Shown here in pieces: positions 48,806 to 58,106 of a DNA stretch of 64,000 bases. The position numbers and the translations under genes are program-made. Source of the DNA: an uncultured Verrucomicrobiae bacterium (GTDB taxonomy: Bacteria; Verrucomicrobiota; Verrucomicrobiia; Limisphaerales; Palsa-1400); the NCBI GenBank assembly GCA_963707025.1, contig CAVPOM010000010.1:32001-96000 (forward strand). Direction: 5' to 3'. The notes beneath the pieces are model-generated. The model was not told where the DNA came from. It saw only the letters and a list, made by a program, of their open reading frames with translations, and ran no database searches. Every line of letters begins with the position of its first letter. The stretch's first letter is position 1.

Positions 48806-49762
48806 ATGAGCAACCTGAACAAATACGGCGAGATCGAGGATGGTGGATGCCCTCACTGCGGTAATCCGATCAAGCCTGATTGGGTGGCTTGTCCAGAATG
48901 TGGCGAGCTTCTGGAGTCACCCAAGCCAGAACCATCTGAGGTGCGAGAACCCGAAAAAAGGGGCGTTCAAACGGTTTCTCCCCAGATTAACCCCCGCCCA
49001 ACACTGTCCGAGGATTTGCGTTGCCGCGTCCTTGCTGATTACCACGAGCTTTCCGACCTGAAGCGCTTTCGTCAGCGCTTCTCATCCATTTCGGGGGAGA
49101 GTCGAGTTGGTGAATGGCAGCGGGCTGCGAAGGTTGGGATGCCAGAAGCTCAATATCTCCTCGCCTGCTGTTATTTCTTGGGAAAGGGTGTTGCCCAAAA
49201 TGACGAGGAGACTGTTCGATGGGTCCGAAAGGCGGCGGAAAGAGGCATTCATAACGCGCAGTTTTTCTTGGCAGTATGTTATAGCAATGGTTTCGGCGGC
49301 TTGCCCAAGGATCAAGCGCAGGCAGACCGGTGGTCAGAGCGCTACCCTATATCCGATTTAAGTGAAGCAGAGTTGGACCGGTGGATAGAGAATGCGAAGC
49401 TGGTGGAAGACTTGGTCTTCAAGAAACAAAAGGGATATTGTTTCATTACAACGGCTGCGGTTCAGTCGCTTGGCCTTAACAACGACTGTCGTGAATTGAA
49501 TCTTCTGCGGGCCTTCCGCGACTCCTACATGCGGGCGACGCCTGCACGGTGCCAGCAGGTCACACTGTATTATTCCCTTGCTCCGCGCATTGTGTGCCAA
49601 ATCGAGTCGAGAGCTGATGCTGCATCAATATGGCGACACCTGTGGTTTGGCCACATCCAGCCTGCTGTCGCAGCCATTGAGAGGGGTGCCCTCCAAAAAG
49701 CTCACAAGGGCTATGCGGCAATGATACGCGAAGCGTCGCGACGATTTCTTCCACCAGCATGA
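48806..49762 (+). CDS. Tagged zinc ribbon + Sel1 repeats + CFI-box-CTERM-like domain
   Basis: MSNLNKYGEIEDGGCPHC. AQYLLACCYFLGKGVAQN..WVRKAAERG (Sel1). GYCFITTA...LRAFRD..YY..AP. Confidence 0.85.
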   Translation: MSNLNKYGEIEDGGCPHCGNPIKPDWVACPECGELLESPKPEPSEVREPEKRGVQTVSPQINPRPTLSEDLRCRVLADYHELSDLKRFRQRFSSISGESRVGEWQRAAKVGMPEAQYLLACCYFLGKGVAQNDEETVRWVRKAAERGIHNAQFFLAVCYSNGFGGLPKDQAQADRWSERYPISDLSEAELDRWIENAKLVEDLVFKKQKGYCFITTAAVQSLGLNNDCRELNLLRAFRDSYMRATPARCQQVTLYYSLAPRIVCQIESRADAASIWRHLWFGHIQPAVAAIERGALQKAHKGYAAMIREASRRFLPPA

Positions 49763-50253
49763 GCGCACTCAACAAATATGGTGAATTGGAGGAAGGCAAC
49801 TGCCCTAAATGCGGCAAGCCGATCAAACCAGACTGGAAGGCTTGTCCAAGTTGCGGCCACAGCTTCGACCGCAAAACAGTAACCGAATCGCACAATCAAA
49901 ACGCGGCTCAAGCGCGGACGCTGCTGAAACAACTCCAAACTGCCGTCAATGAATATTCTGCCCTTGAGGCTCGACGTGGGTTGGCCGAAGAAGCTGTCAA
50001 TCAAATTTACGGTTTGAAAGGTGAAGAATGGCTGGATGAACTGGGGAGGATCGAGCAAAAATTCGATGCATCTTCGAAGCGGATACTGGAGCTGATCGAA
50101 AGGTGCAAATGCCTTTGTCGCGATTTGGAAATTAATCTTGGAATGAGCGTTCGAGAGAGTGCGGAGTTGGAGGGAAAATGTGAATTGCTAAAGTGGAGCA
50201 AACAAGGGGTTCAATCACGGCTTGACTATTACAGAGCAAAGATTCTCAACTAA
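49759..50253 (+). CDS. Tagged zinc ribbon + helical bundle
   Basis: MSALNKYGELEEGNCPKC..WKACPSC. Confidence 0.8.
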   Translation: MSALNKYGELEEGNCPKCGKPIKPDWKACPSCGHSFDRKTVTESHNQNAAQARTLLKQLQTAVNEYSALEARRGLAEEAVNQIYGLKGEEWLDELGRIEQKFDASSKRILELIERCKCLCRDLEINLGMSVRESAELEGKCELLKWSKQGVQSRLDYYRAKILN

Positions 50254-50255
50254 AA

Positions 50256-50675
50256 ATGTCAGACCTGAACAAATATGGCGAGCTTGATGAGAGCGCATGC
50301 CCCAAGTGCGGTCATGTTGTTCAACCAGATTGGAAGACCTGTCCTTTCTGCTCAACCAAGCTCGAATCAACCAAGTGCTCCAAGTGCGGACGCCCGCTGA
50401 AGGTAGAATGGAAAACCTGCCCATGGTGTGGTGACAAAGACCCCGGCTTAGGTTCCATTAAAGAAACATGCGTCCGTTGTAGCCAGAGGGCCGATTTGGG
50501 GCCGGTTTATCAGTGTCCAGACTGCGCGAGCGTTGTGCATACCTACTGCGCGACCGTCGGCAAGCGAGTGAGCCAGAGTGGAAGCTACAGTATCCTATCC
50601 CAGTGCGAGGTTCATTGCCCAAGGTGCGGTAAGCTGCTCGGAACACGTGAGGACTGTGTCGAACCGCGCAAATAA
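50256..50675 (+). CDS. Tagged double zinc ribbon + PHD/RING-like cluster
   Basis: MSDLNKYGELDESACPKC; seven CxxC pairs plus VHTYC. Confidence 0.85.
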   Translation: MSDLNKYGELDESACPKCGHVVQPDWKTCPFCSTKLESTKCSKCGRPLKVEWKTCPWCGDKDPGLGSIKETCVRCSQRADLGPVYQCPDCASVVHTYCATVGKRVSQSGSYSILSQCEVHCPRCGKLLGTREDCVEPRK

Positions 50676-50685
50676 TGGAACAATT

Positions 50686-51663
50686 ATGAAACAGCGCAAA
50701 ACCAACGATCAAACCCGTTCACGGACAAAGCGCGCCAAACCCGCGTCCGTGAATGATGTCTTTTCCCGTATTCGAGGGATTTTTGAAACAAAGATGCTTT
50801 CTGGAAAAAGGGTGGCCATTATCGGCCTTGGCACTGGCGGGTCGGTATGCGCCGACCAGTTGGCGCGATGCGCTGTGGATCACTTTCGATTGGTGGATTT
50901 TGACCGGTTGGAAATCCACAATATCGCCCGTCATACCTGCGGCTGTAGTGACATTGGCCGGTTCAAGACCGAGGCGGTAGCTGACCGCATCCGGAATGTG
51001 AACCAGCAGGCCGAAGTCGAGACTTTCGAGGAGGATGTGGTCAAGAAACCGGACTTACTCGAAAAAGTCATCAGCGGCAGCAGCCTGGTGCTGGCTTGCA
51101 CGGACAATAATCGTTCCCGTTACGCAATCAACGAAACCTGCCTCCGTCTCGATGTGCCGGCGGTCTATGCCGGAGCGTATGAACGGGCGTTCGGAGGATT
51201 CGTGATGCGGGTCGTTCCAGGGAAAACTCCCTGTTACGACTGCGTGTATGGCGCTCTCCAGCAATCCTTGGGTGCGGCTCCCCACAAGCCTGGGCCTATT
51301 GCCTATTCAGAGTTGGAGGATGCCTCAGAGTTCAAGGCGGAGCCGGGTCTGTGCGTTGATGTCCACATGATCGCGCTCATCCAATCCAAGATGGCCTTGC
51401 TGACGCTGCTTCGCGGGATGGACAGCAAGCTGGAGGATTTCCCAGCCGATTTCCTGCTTTGGGGCAATCGAAAGGAATGGATTTTCCCGGAGCCGCTTTA
51501 CTGCAAATTCGCCAAGACCTCATTCCGGGCAGATTGCCCGACTTGCCAGGCTGCAAAGTTGCGCAACGAAGATCTTGCTAAAGCCAAAGAGGAAGCCCGG
51601 CGGATCATTGAGGGAGCCGCATACGACCCTGCCCTAATGCAGAGTGTCCGGCAGACAAAATGA
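50686..51663 (+). CDS. ThiF/MoeB/E1-like adenylating enzyme
   Basis: IIGLGTGGS, VDFDRLEIHNIARH, IGRFKTEA, CTDN, PCYDC and CPTC zinc pairs. Confidence 0.92.
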   Translation: MKQRKTNDQTRSRTKRAKPASVNDVFSRIRGIFETKMLSGKRVAIIGLGTGGSVCADQLARCAVDHFRLVDFDRLEIHNIARHTCGCSDIGRFKTEAVADRIRNVNQQAEVETFEEDVVKKPDLLEKVISGSSLVLACTDNNRSRYAINETCLRLDVPAVYAGAYERAFGGFVMRVVPGKTPCYDCVYGALQQSLGAAPHKPGPIAYSELEDASEFKAEPGLCVDVHMIALIQSKMALLTLLRGMDSKLEDFPADFLLWGNRKEWIFPEPLYCKFAKTSFRADCPTCQAAKLRNEDLAKAKEEARRIIEGAAYDPALMQSVRQTK

Positions 51664-51682
51664 GTCGAACCCTTTTCACCGT

Positions 51683-54059
51683 ATGGCCACAGAGACAACA
51701 ACCAATAGTGCGACAGAGGGGCTAGGACAGAGGGATTTTGGCATCGCCGACGGAACAGCCAGTCAAGCAACCAATCCCGTTGCTGCCCAAACTTCGCTTC
51801 AACAGGATTACAGGGAATCGAATACATCCCACCGAGCCTTTTCTGAGCAGTCATCGGCTGCATCATCTTGGGGCGGCCGTGAAACGCTTCAGTGGGCGGG
51901 CCTGCTGCTACTCGCCAGCTTTGTAACGGCGGCAATTGCATTCTGGGGCCGCAAACGCTGGAAAGGCCATCAAGTTGCAACACATCAGGCTCGCCTAGTT
52001 TCTGGCCAACAACAGCCCGAGGCTCTTAGCACCGTCAAGCCGTGGTTGCGGAAAGCCCTCGCGCAAGGATTGCTGATCCAGTTTGGCAATGAAACTGACG
52101 AACAGAGCCGCGCCAGAATCATTGCGGGACTACACGTGCTTGCGGCAAATACTTCGGAGAAGACGGGCATCAAGGTCGCCGATGTAGTTAAGCTTTCGTT
52201 TCAAGATGCTTCTCCCTTGGTTCGGCAAATAATCGTGGATCGGTTATTCAGAGATCCTTCCCCATCTATTGGGAAACTATTCGCAGAACGCCGTGCGATG
52301 GAACCTGATTCCAGCGTGAGGGTTTCAATTACGGATGGCCTGATCAGAGGGAAATTGCCTGAGCTTCAGGCAGCCAAGACCGCCGGAGATTTCGACCGCG
52401 CAAATGAAGTGGTGAGGGAACTTGAAGCTCTAGGATGGGATAGTGAGCAAGCCGCTTCGGAAATTGCTGTGCTTGCTCGTATGCAGCAGGAGGTTTGGGA
52501 ACAAGAACGCCTCGCACAGGATGAGGCAAAACGCAAATCGGCAGCCGCGTCCGCCCATCGCGCAGCCGAAGCGCTCTCAAAACGCAACTGCGACATGGCC
52601 GAAGAATTGGCGATGAACTCCCTCGGCGAAGATCCGCAGAATGAGCAGGCTCGAAACTTGTTGCGAGACTTGCCGCAGTTTCGGCGTGATTTGGACGAAG
52701 CGGAGCGTGCGCGTCAGTTGTCTTGCCGCAAGAGGGATGCCGCCGAACATCGGCAGCAAGCAGAGAAGTTTCTTACAGACCAGGAATACGAAGCAGCCAG
52801 TAGAGAATTGCTCGCATTGCGAGCGCTCGACCCAGACGACGTGTGGGCAGCCCAGAATCTTGAGAATTTGGCTGCCCTTCAGGAGACAGAAGCGAAGTTC
52901 GGAAGCCCAGGAAGCCTTAAACAAGCGGGATCAGCGTATCCGCGAGCTGCATCACGAATTGGAAGGTAAGTGGAAGCGCGAAGAATTTGAGGATGTCGAA
53001 AAAGCGGTTCGGGAACTGATCTCGCTTGAACCTCAAGAGCCGAGACACAGCGCGTCTCTCACTGCTGTTCTCGAAGCTCAACGGATTGCTGTTGCCAATC
53101 AACTTCACAGTCAAGCGAAAGAAGCCATTGGCTCCGGGAAATTTGACCTGGCTGACGAAAAATTGCGCGATTTGCTCATGACAGAGCCGGAGGCCACGAG
53201 GGCTAAAGGGCTTTACAATCAGCTCTCTGTGCTTCGGGAGATGCATAAAGAAGCGAAGGGCCGTCGCAGCGCAACGAGAAGGCAACACCTTGCTGAGGGT
53301 TGGAGGAGGAAAGCGCATATACTCATTGCAGAGGGCAAACATGAAGAAGCAAGAAAGGCCGTTAACAAATTTGCGGCGAGTTCGAGCGATGCTCCGGCTG
53401 CATCTTCCATGATGGTGCAAATTGAAGAAGCAGAGCGCCGCAAGAATGCCAACAAGATCAATCAGAAGGCGGCCCTGTTGCTTGAGGCAGGAAAGTTGGA
53501 CGAAGCCGAAAGCACCTTGCGCTCCTTGCTACCGTATGAGGACAACCCGACGCGCATTGAGGAAGCTTTGAAAGGACTATCCGTGCTCCGTTCTCAAGAA
53601 GCTGAGACGAGACTGCGGGAAACTGAAACGCAGAAAATGGACGAAGCGGCCAAAATGCGGAAAAACGTCATGGCTTTCATGCGCGAAGCTGCCTTCGACA
53701 AAGCTGAGGGTGAGCTGCGAGCACTCTTGGCATTGACTCCAGACGACAATCTGGAGCGACTGCTAACGGACATGCCCGAAGTGCGGCACAAACACCAAAT
53801 GTCCGCCGATGCCGCAAGCGAAGTGGAAAATCTCGCAAAAGCAGGAAAAACCTTCGAGAAGGCGCAGGAATTATTCGCAACAGGCCGGTTTGATGAGAGT
53901 GCAAAACACTTGCGTAAAGCAATTGCACTAGACCCATCCAATGAAAAAGCGGTAAGATTACTACGTCGGGTTTTTGAAATTGATCATTCAGCAGTGTCCC
54001 AGTCATCGCCATCCCGCACCAAACTGGATGCTTACGGCCAGATTGTGGATGGCGGTTAA
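51683..54059 (+). CDS. Single-pass membrane HEAT/TPR protein ending in ...KLDAYGQIVDGG (frameshift near 52895)
   Basis: TM WAGLLLLASFVTAAIAFWG; HEAT then many TPR-like repeats. ORFs 51644-52969 and 52641-54059 join by one frame change. Confidence 0.75.
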
Positions 54060-54078
54060 TCCTACAAATGGAGGCGAC

Positions 54079-55531
54079 TTAGAACCATCGGCGCATCCTT
54101 GAAAACCATTTGGCTGTAGTTCCATCCGATTCCAACGGCGGCAACGTCACCCGCCGAAACCCTCGTTCACAGTGGACGAGCACGCACTCGTGGTCGCGGA
54201 GATTGCGGAGCTTGTGCGGTTTGATTTTGTGTTCCTCGGTTTCGGTGTAATTCACGTTGCGCTTTCCGGCACTGTAACCCCATGAGCGTTTTACCACCCG
54301 CTTTTTGCCGATGAAATCGGCGGCTTGAACGGCATCGGCTTCGTCGGCGGAGCGGAAAATCATCCGGTTGCGAAGATTCAAGGTCAGGACTTTTGATTTG
54401 TCGTTGCCGAGCGGCGGAATAAGCGAAGTCGTGCTTTGCGCGGCGGCGACGATGGTGGCGCCCGCCTCGCGGATCACGTCCACGCAATTGTAATCGCTCG
54501 TGCCGTCTTCGCTGGCCGTCATAAACCGCTGCGCCTCGTCGGCCCAGAGGATGAGCAAGTTGTCTTTCGCGCGGTCGGCCTTGGATTTGTCGAAACGGCG
54601 CAAGGCATGATTGTAATAAAGCAGCTTCAGGAATGTGTTCACATAACGCCGTTCGGTCTGAAACTTTTGCGGCATGGTCGTGAGGATGATTTTGCCCTGG
54701 TCAATCGCCGAAAAATCAAACGTGCTTTCGCCGGTGCAAAACACTTCGGCAACTTCCGGCGTCAGGAAGTATTGCAGATAATTGCCGATGGTTTCGCGGA
54801 CGCCGCCAAATTGCTCGGCAGGTTGGGTGAGAAAACGGTCGAGAAAGTGTGCGTAAACGGCGGCCCGGCGCGGCGTTTCGAGGAGATTTTCAAGATTTTC
54901 CATTTCTTCTTCGAGCAGGTCGCCGATTGGACAACAATTCATACGCGTCGAGCAAAGTCACGGGGCGGTTCAATTCAAAGAGCATTTCGAGCGCGTGCGC
55001 GATGTGGGTCTGCGCCTGGCTTTTGAAAAAGCCTTTGTCCCCGCCCTGGCCAAGACTCGTGGCGGTGTCCACGATAAATTTGGCGTAGGTGGAGAATGGA
55101 ATACTGCGGTCGCCGGTCAGGTTGTAGCGATTCGGCGGCGTCCACTGCGCATCGGTGTCGTTTGCGCGGATTTGCAGATGAATCAAATCGTGTTCGCGGC
55201 CGTAGTGACGCGCCATCGCCGCGAGCGTTTCCCAATAAACGCCTTTTTCGTCAACGCACAACCCGCCCCATGTCGGTTCGTTTTGAAAAACTTGATGCGC
55301 CAGTTGGTTGATGCCGGAACTGGTTTTGCCAGAGCCGGTGTCGCCGGTGATGAGCCAGCCGCGACAAAATTGATTGCGTTTCCACTTCAGACCGCCGAGC
55401 CGCGCGACGCAGCCTTTGCGATTGCGAGGAACGAACAAAAGCCAAACTGCGATGAGCGCCAGAAGAATTCCGCCAGCCGCCAAGAAGTATTGCGGATGCC
55501 GCAACGCGAGCATGAGGTCTGGCGGCAGCAT
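54079..55531 (-). CDS. traD: Type IV coupling protein (TraD/VirD4-like; frameshift near 54920)
   Basis: N-terminal TM, ITGDTGSGKT, VDEKG, LWADEAQRF, REAG....AAQS. Confidence 0.85.
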
Positions 55532-55559
55532 TATCGGGTCGAACGGAATGAGGTGAGTT

Positions 55560-55936
55560 TCATCGCCACGCCCTCCCGATGAGATAGCCGGCCAGCAACG
55601 CGGCGAGCGCGGCAAAGATCGCGGCGGCGCGGGTGATTCTCGACGGCACGGTAGCCGGTCGGCTGGCTTCGCAGCAGCTTCCAGCAAGGCCGATGACTGT
55701 TGTTGAAATGTCTGCGCCGCGCCGAGCGAGCTTGCGCGATGTCCGCGCGAAATTGCTCAAAGGACGGGAATTTCCCGGCGGCGAAGTTCATCCCAATGCT
55801 GCTGGTGGATTCGGAACAATTCGACAAGCAATATCACCGCGTCGTCTTCTCGCAGCCGATGTTTATCGCGCCACTCGGCAACGGCCTTGGTGAATTCCTC
55901 GTCGAAGTCCGGCGGCTGTGTGCTGGGCTTGGACAT
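55560..55936 (-). CDS. Small membrane protein of the mobilisation module (frameshifted)
   Basis: MSKPSTQPPDFDEEF... in one frame and C-terminal TM AAIFAALAALLAGYLIGR in another. Confidence 0.55.
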
Positions 55937-56631
55937 CACTTTGAGGGCAGAAGCAGGTTGGCGGCAGATTCAATTTCAGCGTAAAAGTTTCCGCTGCCAG
56001 GTTTGGAGTCGTTGCCGGTCGAGCAGGCTGAACGCGGGATGTTTCGCCGCTGCTGTGATGGTCAGATTCTCGGCGTTAAGCGCCTCGACCAGCCAGTCCT
56101 GCATCCGGGTCATGGTGATTTCCCGTCCGCCGAGCTTGTCTTTGAGCAGCGCGCGGACTTCGCACGATTCAAAGATCGTGAAACTGTCGCTGTGCGCGGC
56201 GTTGCGGACGACGACGTAACTGCACTGGTTTCCGAACTCGTCGGTCAGCCGTTGGATTTGTTCCACGCTGTCCGACTCGTGATTCACCGGCATGACGAGC
56301 GTGAGCTTTGCGCCGAGCGCGGACAGCACGGCGAACAGGTCAATTTCGGCGAAGAAATCAATAAACAGGTCGGTGGACGCGGCGCGGCAATCCATGACGA
56401 CCAGATTTGCCTTTTCCAACGCGGCGAAAATGGCGTCAAGCGTCGCGCCGTTTGGACAAGTCGAGGAAGCGCGTGTCGGGATGAAACCGTTTCAACGTCG
56501 AGTTCTCGTTGTCGCTGTCAATCGCGACATGGGCGATGCCCTTGTCTTTGAGGATACTGGACGAAGTTGACGGCGAAGAAACTTTTGCCAACGCCGCCTT
56601 TGCCATTAAGGATGAGAATCAGTCTTTTCAT
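55936..56631 (-). CDS. ParA/StbB/TraL-like P-loop ATPase (frameshifted)
   Basis: Manual translation MKRLILILNGKGGVGKS (deviant Walker A), ..IDSDNEN.., VVMDCRA. Continues in ORF 55976-56419. Confidence 0.75.
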
Positions 56632-57038
56632 TGTATTGTGGGTTGAGTTTGCGGATTTGGGCGATGCGCGGTCCGCGTGGACGATCTGCGGCAGCCTCGG
56701 AGTTCGGGCGGCTCGCCGGGCACAGTGGTGGCTGGCGCAGGGAGAACGAACTTGGTTTCACCTTGCGGTTCGACGGCGGGAGGCCGTTTCCTGGGAGTGC
56801 GGCGGTGTGGCCGGATGTTTTCGCCCAGCACTTCGTGACAGAAATCAGCAATGGCCGTCTTGCCGGCTGGCAGACAATGTTGCGTGAGCAATTCAGCGAT
56901 GGCACGGTACGAAGCCCGTCTCTGCCGCAACTCGACGATGACATCCTTGGCCGGCAGCAAGTTCTCGAACTTCTGTTGGTGACGCGGCGTAAATTCCGAC
57001 ACCGCTTTGCGGACATTGTTTGGATCAAATGCGGACAT
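56628..57038 (-). CDS. StbA/TraK-like DNA-binding protein
   Basis: IVELRQRRASYRAIAELL HTH-like segment; first gene ahead of the ParA-like ATPase (ATGA overlap). Confidence 0.55.
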   Translation of the reverse strand: MSAFDPNNVRKAVSEFTPRHQQKFENLLPAKDVIVELRQRRASYRAIAELLTQHCLPAGKTAIADFCHEVLGENIRPHRRTPRKRPPAVEPQGETKFVLPAPATTVPGEPPELRGCRRSSTRTAHRPNPQTQPTIQ

Positions 57039-57069
57039 ACGCGGATAATGTCTGGAGATGAATCGTCCG

Positions 57070-57442
57070 CAGTGCGGACGCGATGCAACCGTGACCCGGA
57101 CATTTGACGGATTCAACACGGTCGCGGACTGTCCACGAACACGGACTGGATACGGTCATGGACTGTGCGCGGCTGCGGACTGGACGCGGACACGGATAGT
57201 TTGCGGACGTGGACTGGTCACGGACGGCTTCGGCCCGGACAGGGACGCGGACAGGGACTGACTGCGGACGCGGCTGCGGGCATGGCCAGGACACGGTTAC
57301 GGACTGGACACGGCCACGGGCGTGGCACGGATGCGGACTGGTTTCGGACTGGACGCGGTCGCGGACTGGACACGGCCACGGCCGGCTGGCCGGGCTATTG
57401 CGCGGACATTCCGCGTCCAAACCGCGACCACTTCGCGGACTC
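57070..57442. repeat. Dense array of short degenerate direct repeats (C/T)GGAC
   Basis: More than 20 copies of CGGAC/TGGAC, often as CGGACTGGACACGG, upstream of the stbA-like gene. Confidence 0.85.
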
Positions 57443-57481
57443 AAAAACCTGCCTCCCGGCAGGAGTAAGGCGTGCCCTGTC

Positions 57482-57736
57482 TTAAACATGATGAGAAACA
57501 CATTGCCTCCCTTGTTGCAGCAATTCATTACGCCAGGATTCCAATTGCGCGGCGACAGTTTCGATGCGTGTAGTTTGTTCAATCGTCCGGGCTTCAATGT
57601 GGCCAGGTTGTTGGTCGTGAAGCTGTGAGTCGGACAATTCGATCATCGTGTTGACGGCGTTGTGATTGATGTGTTCGCCAAATTTTTTGAGCACCTCGAT
57701 GGCAGTGCGAATTTGGGCTGTGGATGGTGTTTGCAT
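57482..57736 (-). CDS. Hypothetical protein (84 aa)
   Basis: ATG-started helical ORF next to the presumed oriT. Confidence 0.55.
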   Translation of the reverse strand: MQTPSTAQIRTAIEVLKKFGEHINHNAVNTMIELSDSQLHDQQPGHIEARTIEQTTRIETVAAQLESWRNELLQQGRQCVSHHV

Positions 57737-57746
57737 AATCAGATGT

Positions 57747-58025
57747 TCAGATGCGGATGCCGTGAGATGGTTTGTGCGCGAGTTCTTGCCGGTGTCCTGG
57801 TCGGCGTTTGGAAAGCCACTGTGCCCGTCTCAATTCAGTTGCCGCGACCGGATGTGCCCACGGTTCACTGAATCCGAGTCGGGCGGCTCCTTCCTCGGCT
57901 GCGAGCTTTGTGGGAGCTTCAACCACGGTGCGAAGTGGATCACCCATCACGCGGGCATATTCCCGGTCGGTGTGGTAAATGCCCCACAGTTGGTTGCCCG
58001 GCTTCAGAGTCGCGGTCGTGCTCAT
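57747..58025 (-). CDS. Hypothetical protein (92 aa)
   Basis: ATG-started ORF divergent from the relaxase. Confidence 0.55.
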   Translation of the reverse strand: MSTTATLKPGNQLWGIYHTDREYARVMGDPLRTVVEAPTKLAAEEGAARLGFSEPWAHPVAATELRRAQWLSKRRPGHRQELAHKPSHGIRI

Positions 58026-58029
58026 GGAG

Positions 58030-58106
58030 GCAGTTCATCATAATCCGAGGGAGCAATGGTGTGTCAGGCACACAATGACCGCGCACAGTCCGTGTAATGT
58101 CCGGGT
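58030..58106. other. Candidate oriT region
   Basis: Short intergenic region upstream of the relaxase with inverted repeat GTGTG-tcagg-CACAC. The call is mainly positional. Confidence 0.35.

Noticed and set aside
40147..51663. Calling the operon canonical type II CBASS or Bil
   Set aside because: No CD-NTase-sized cyclase, no recognisable Cap effector, E1 and E2 are unfused, and no clear beta-grasp Ubl was found by eye.
57070..57442. Possible CRISPR array, or the overlapping repetitive ORFs as genes
   Set aside because: No constant 25-40 bp repeat with unique spacers and no cas genes. The ORFs in several frames merely translate the DNA repeat.
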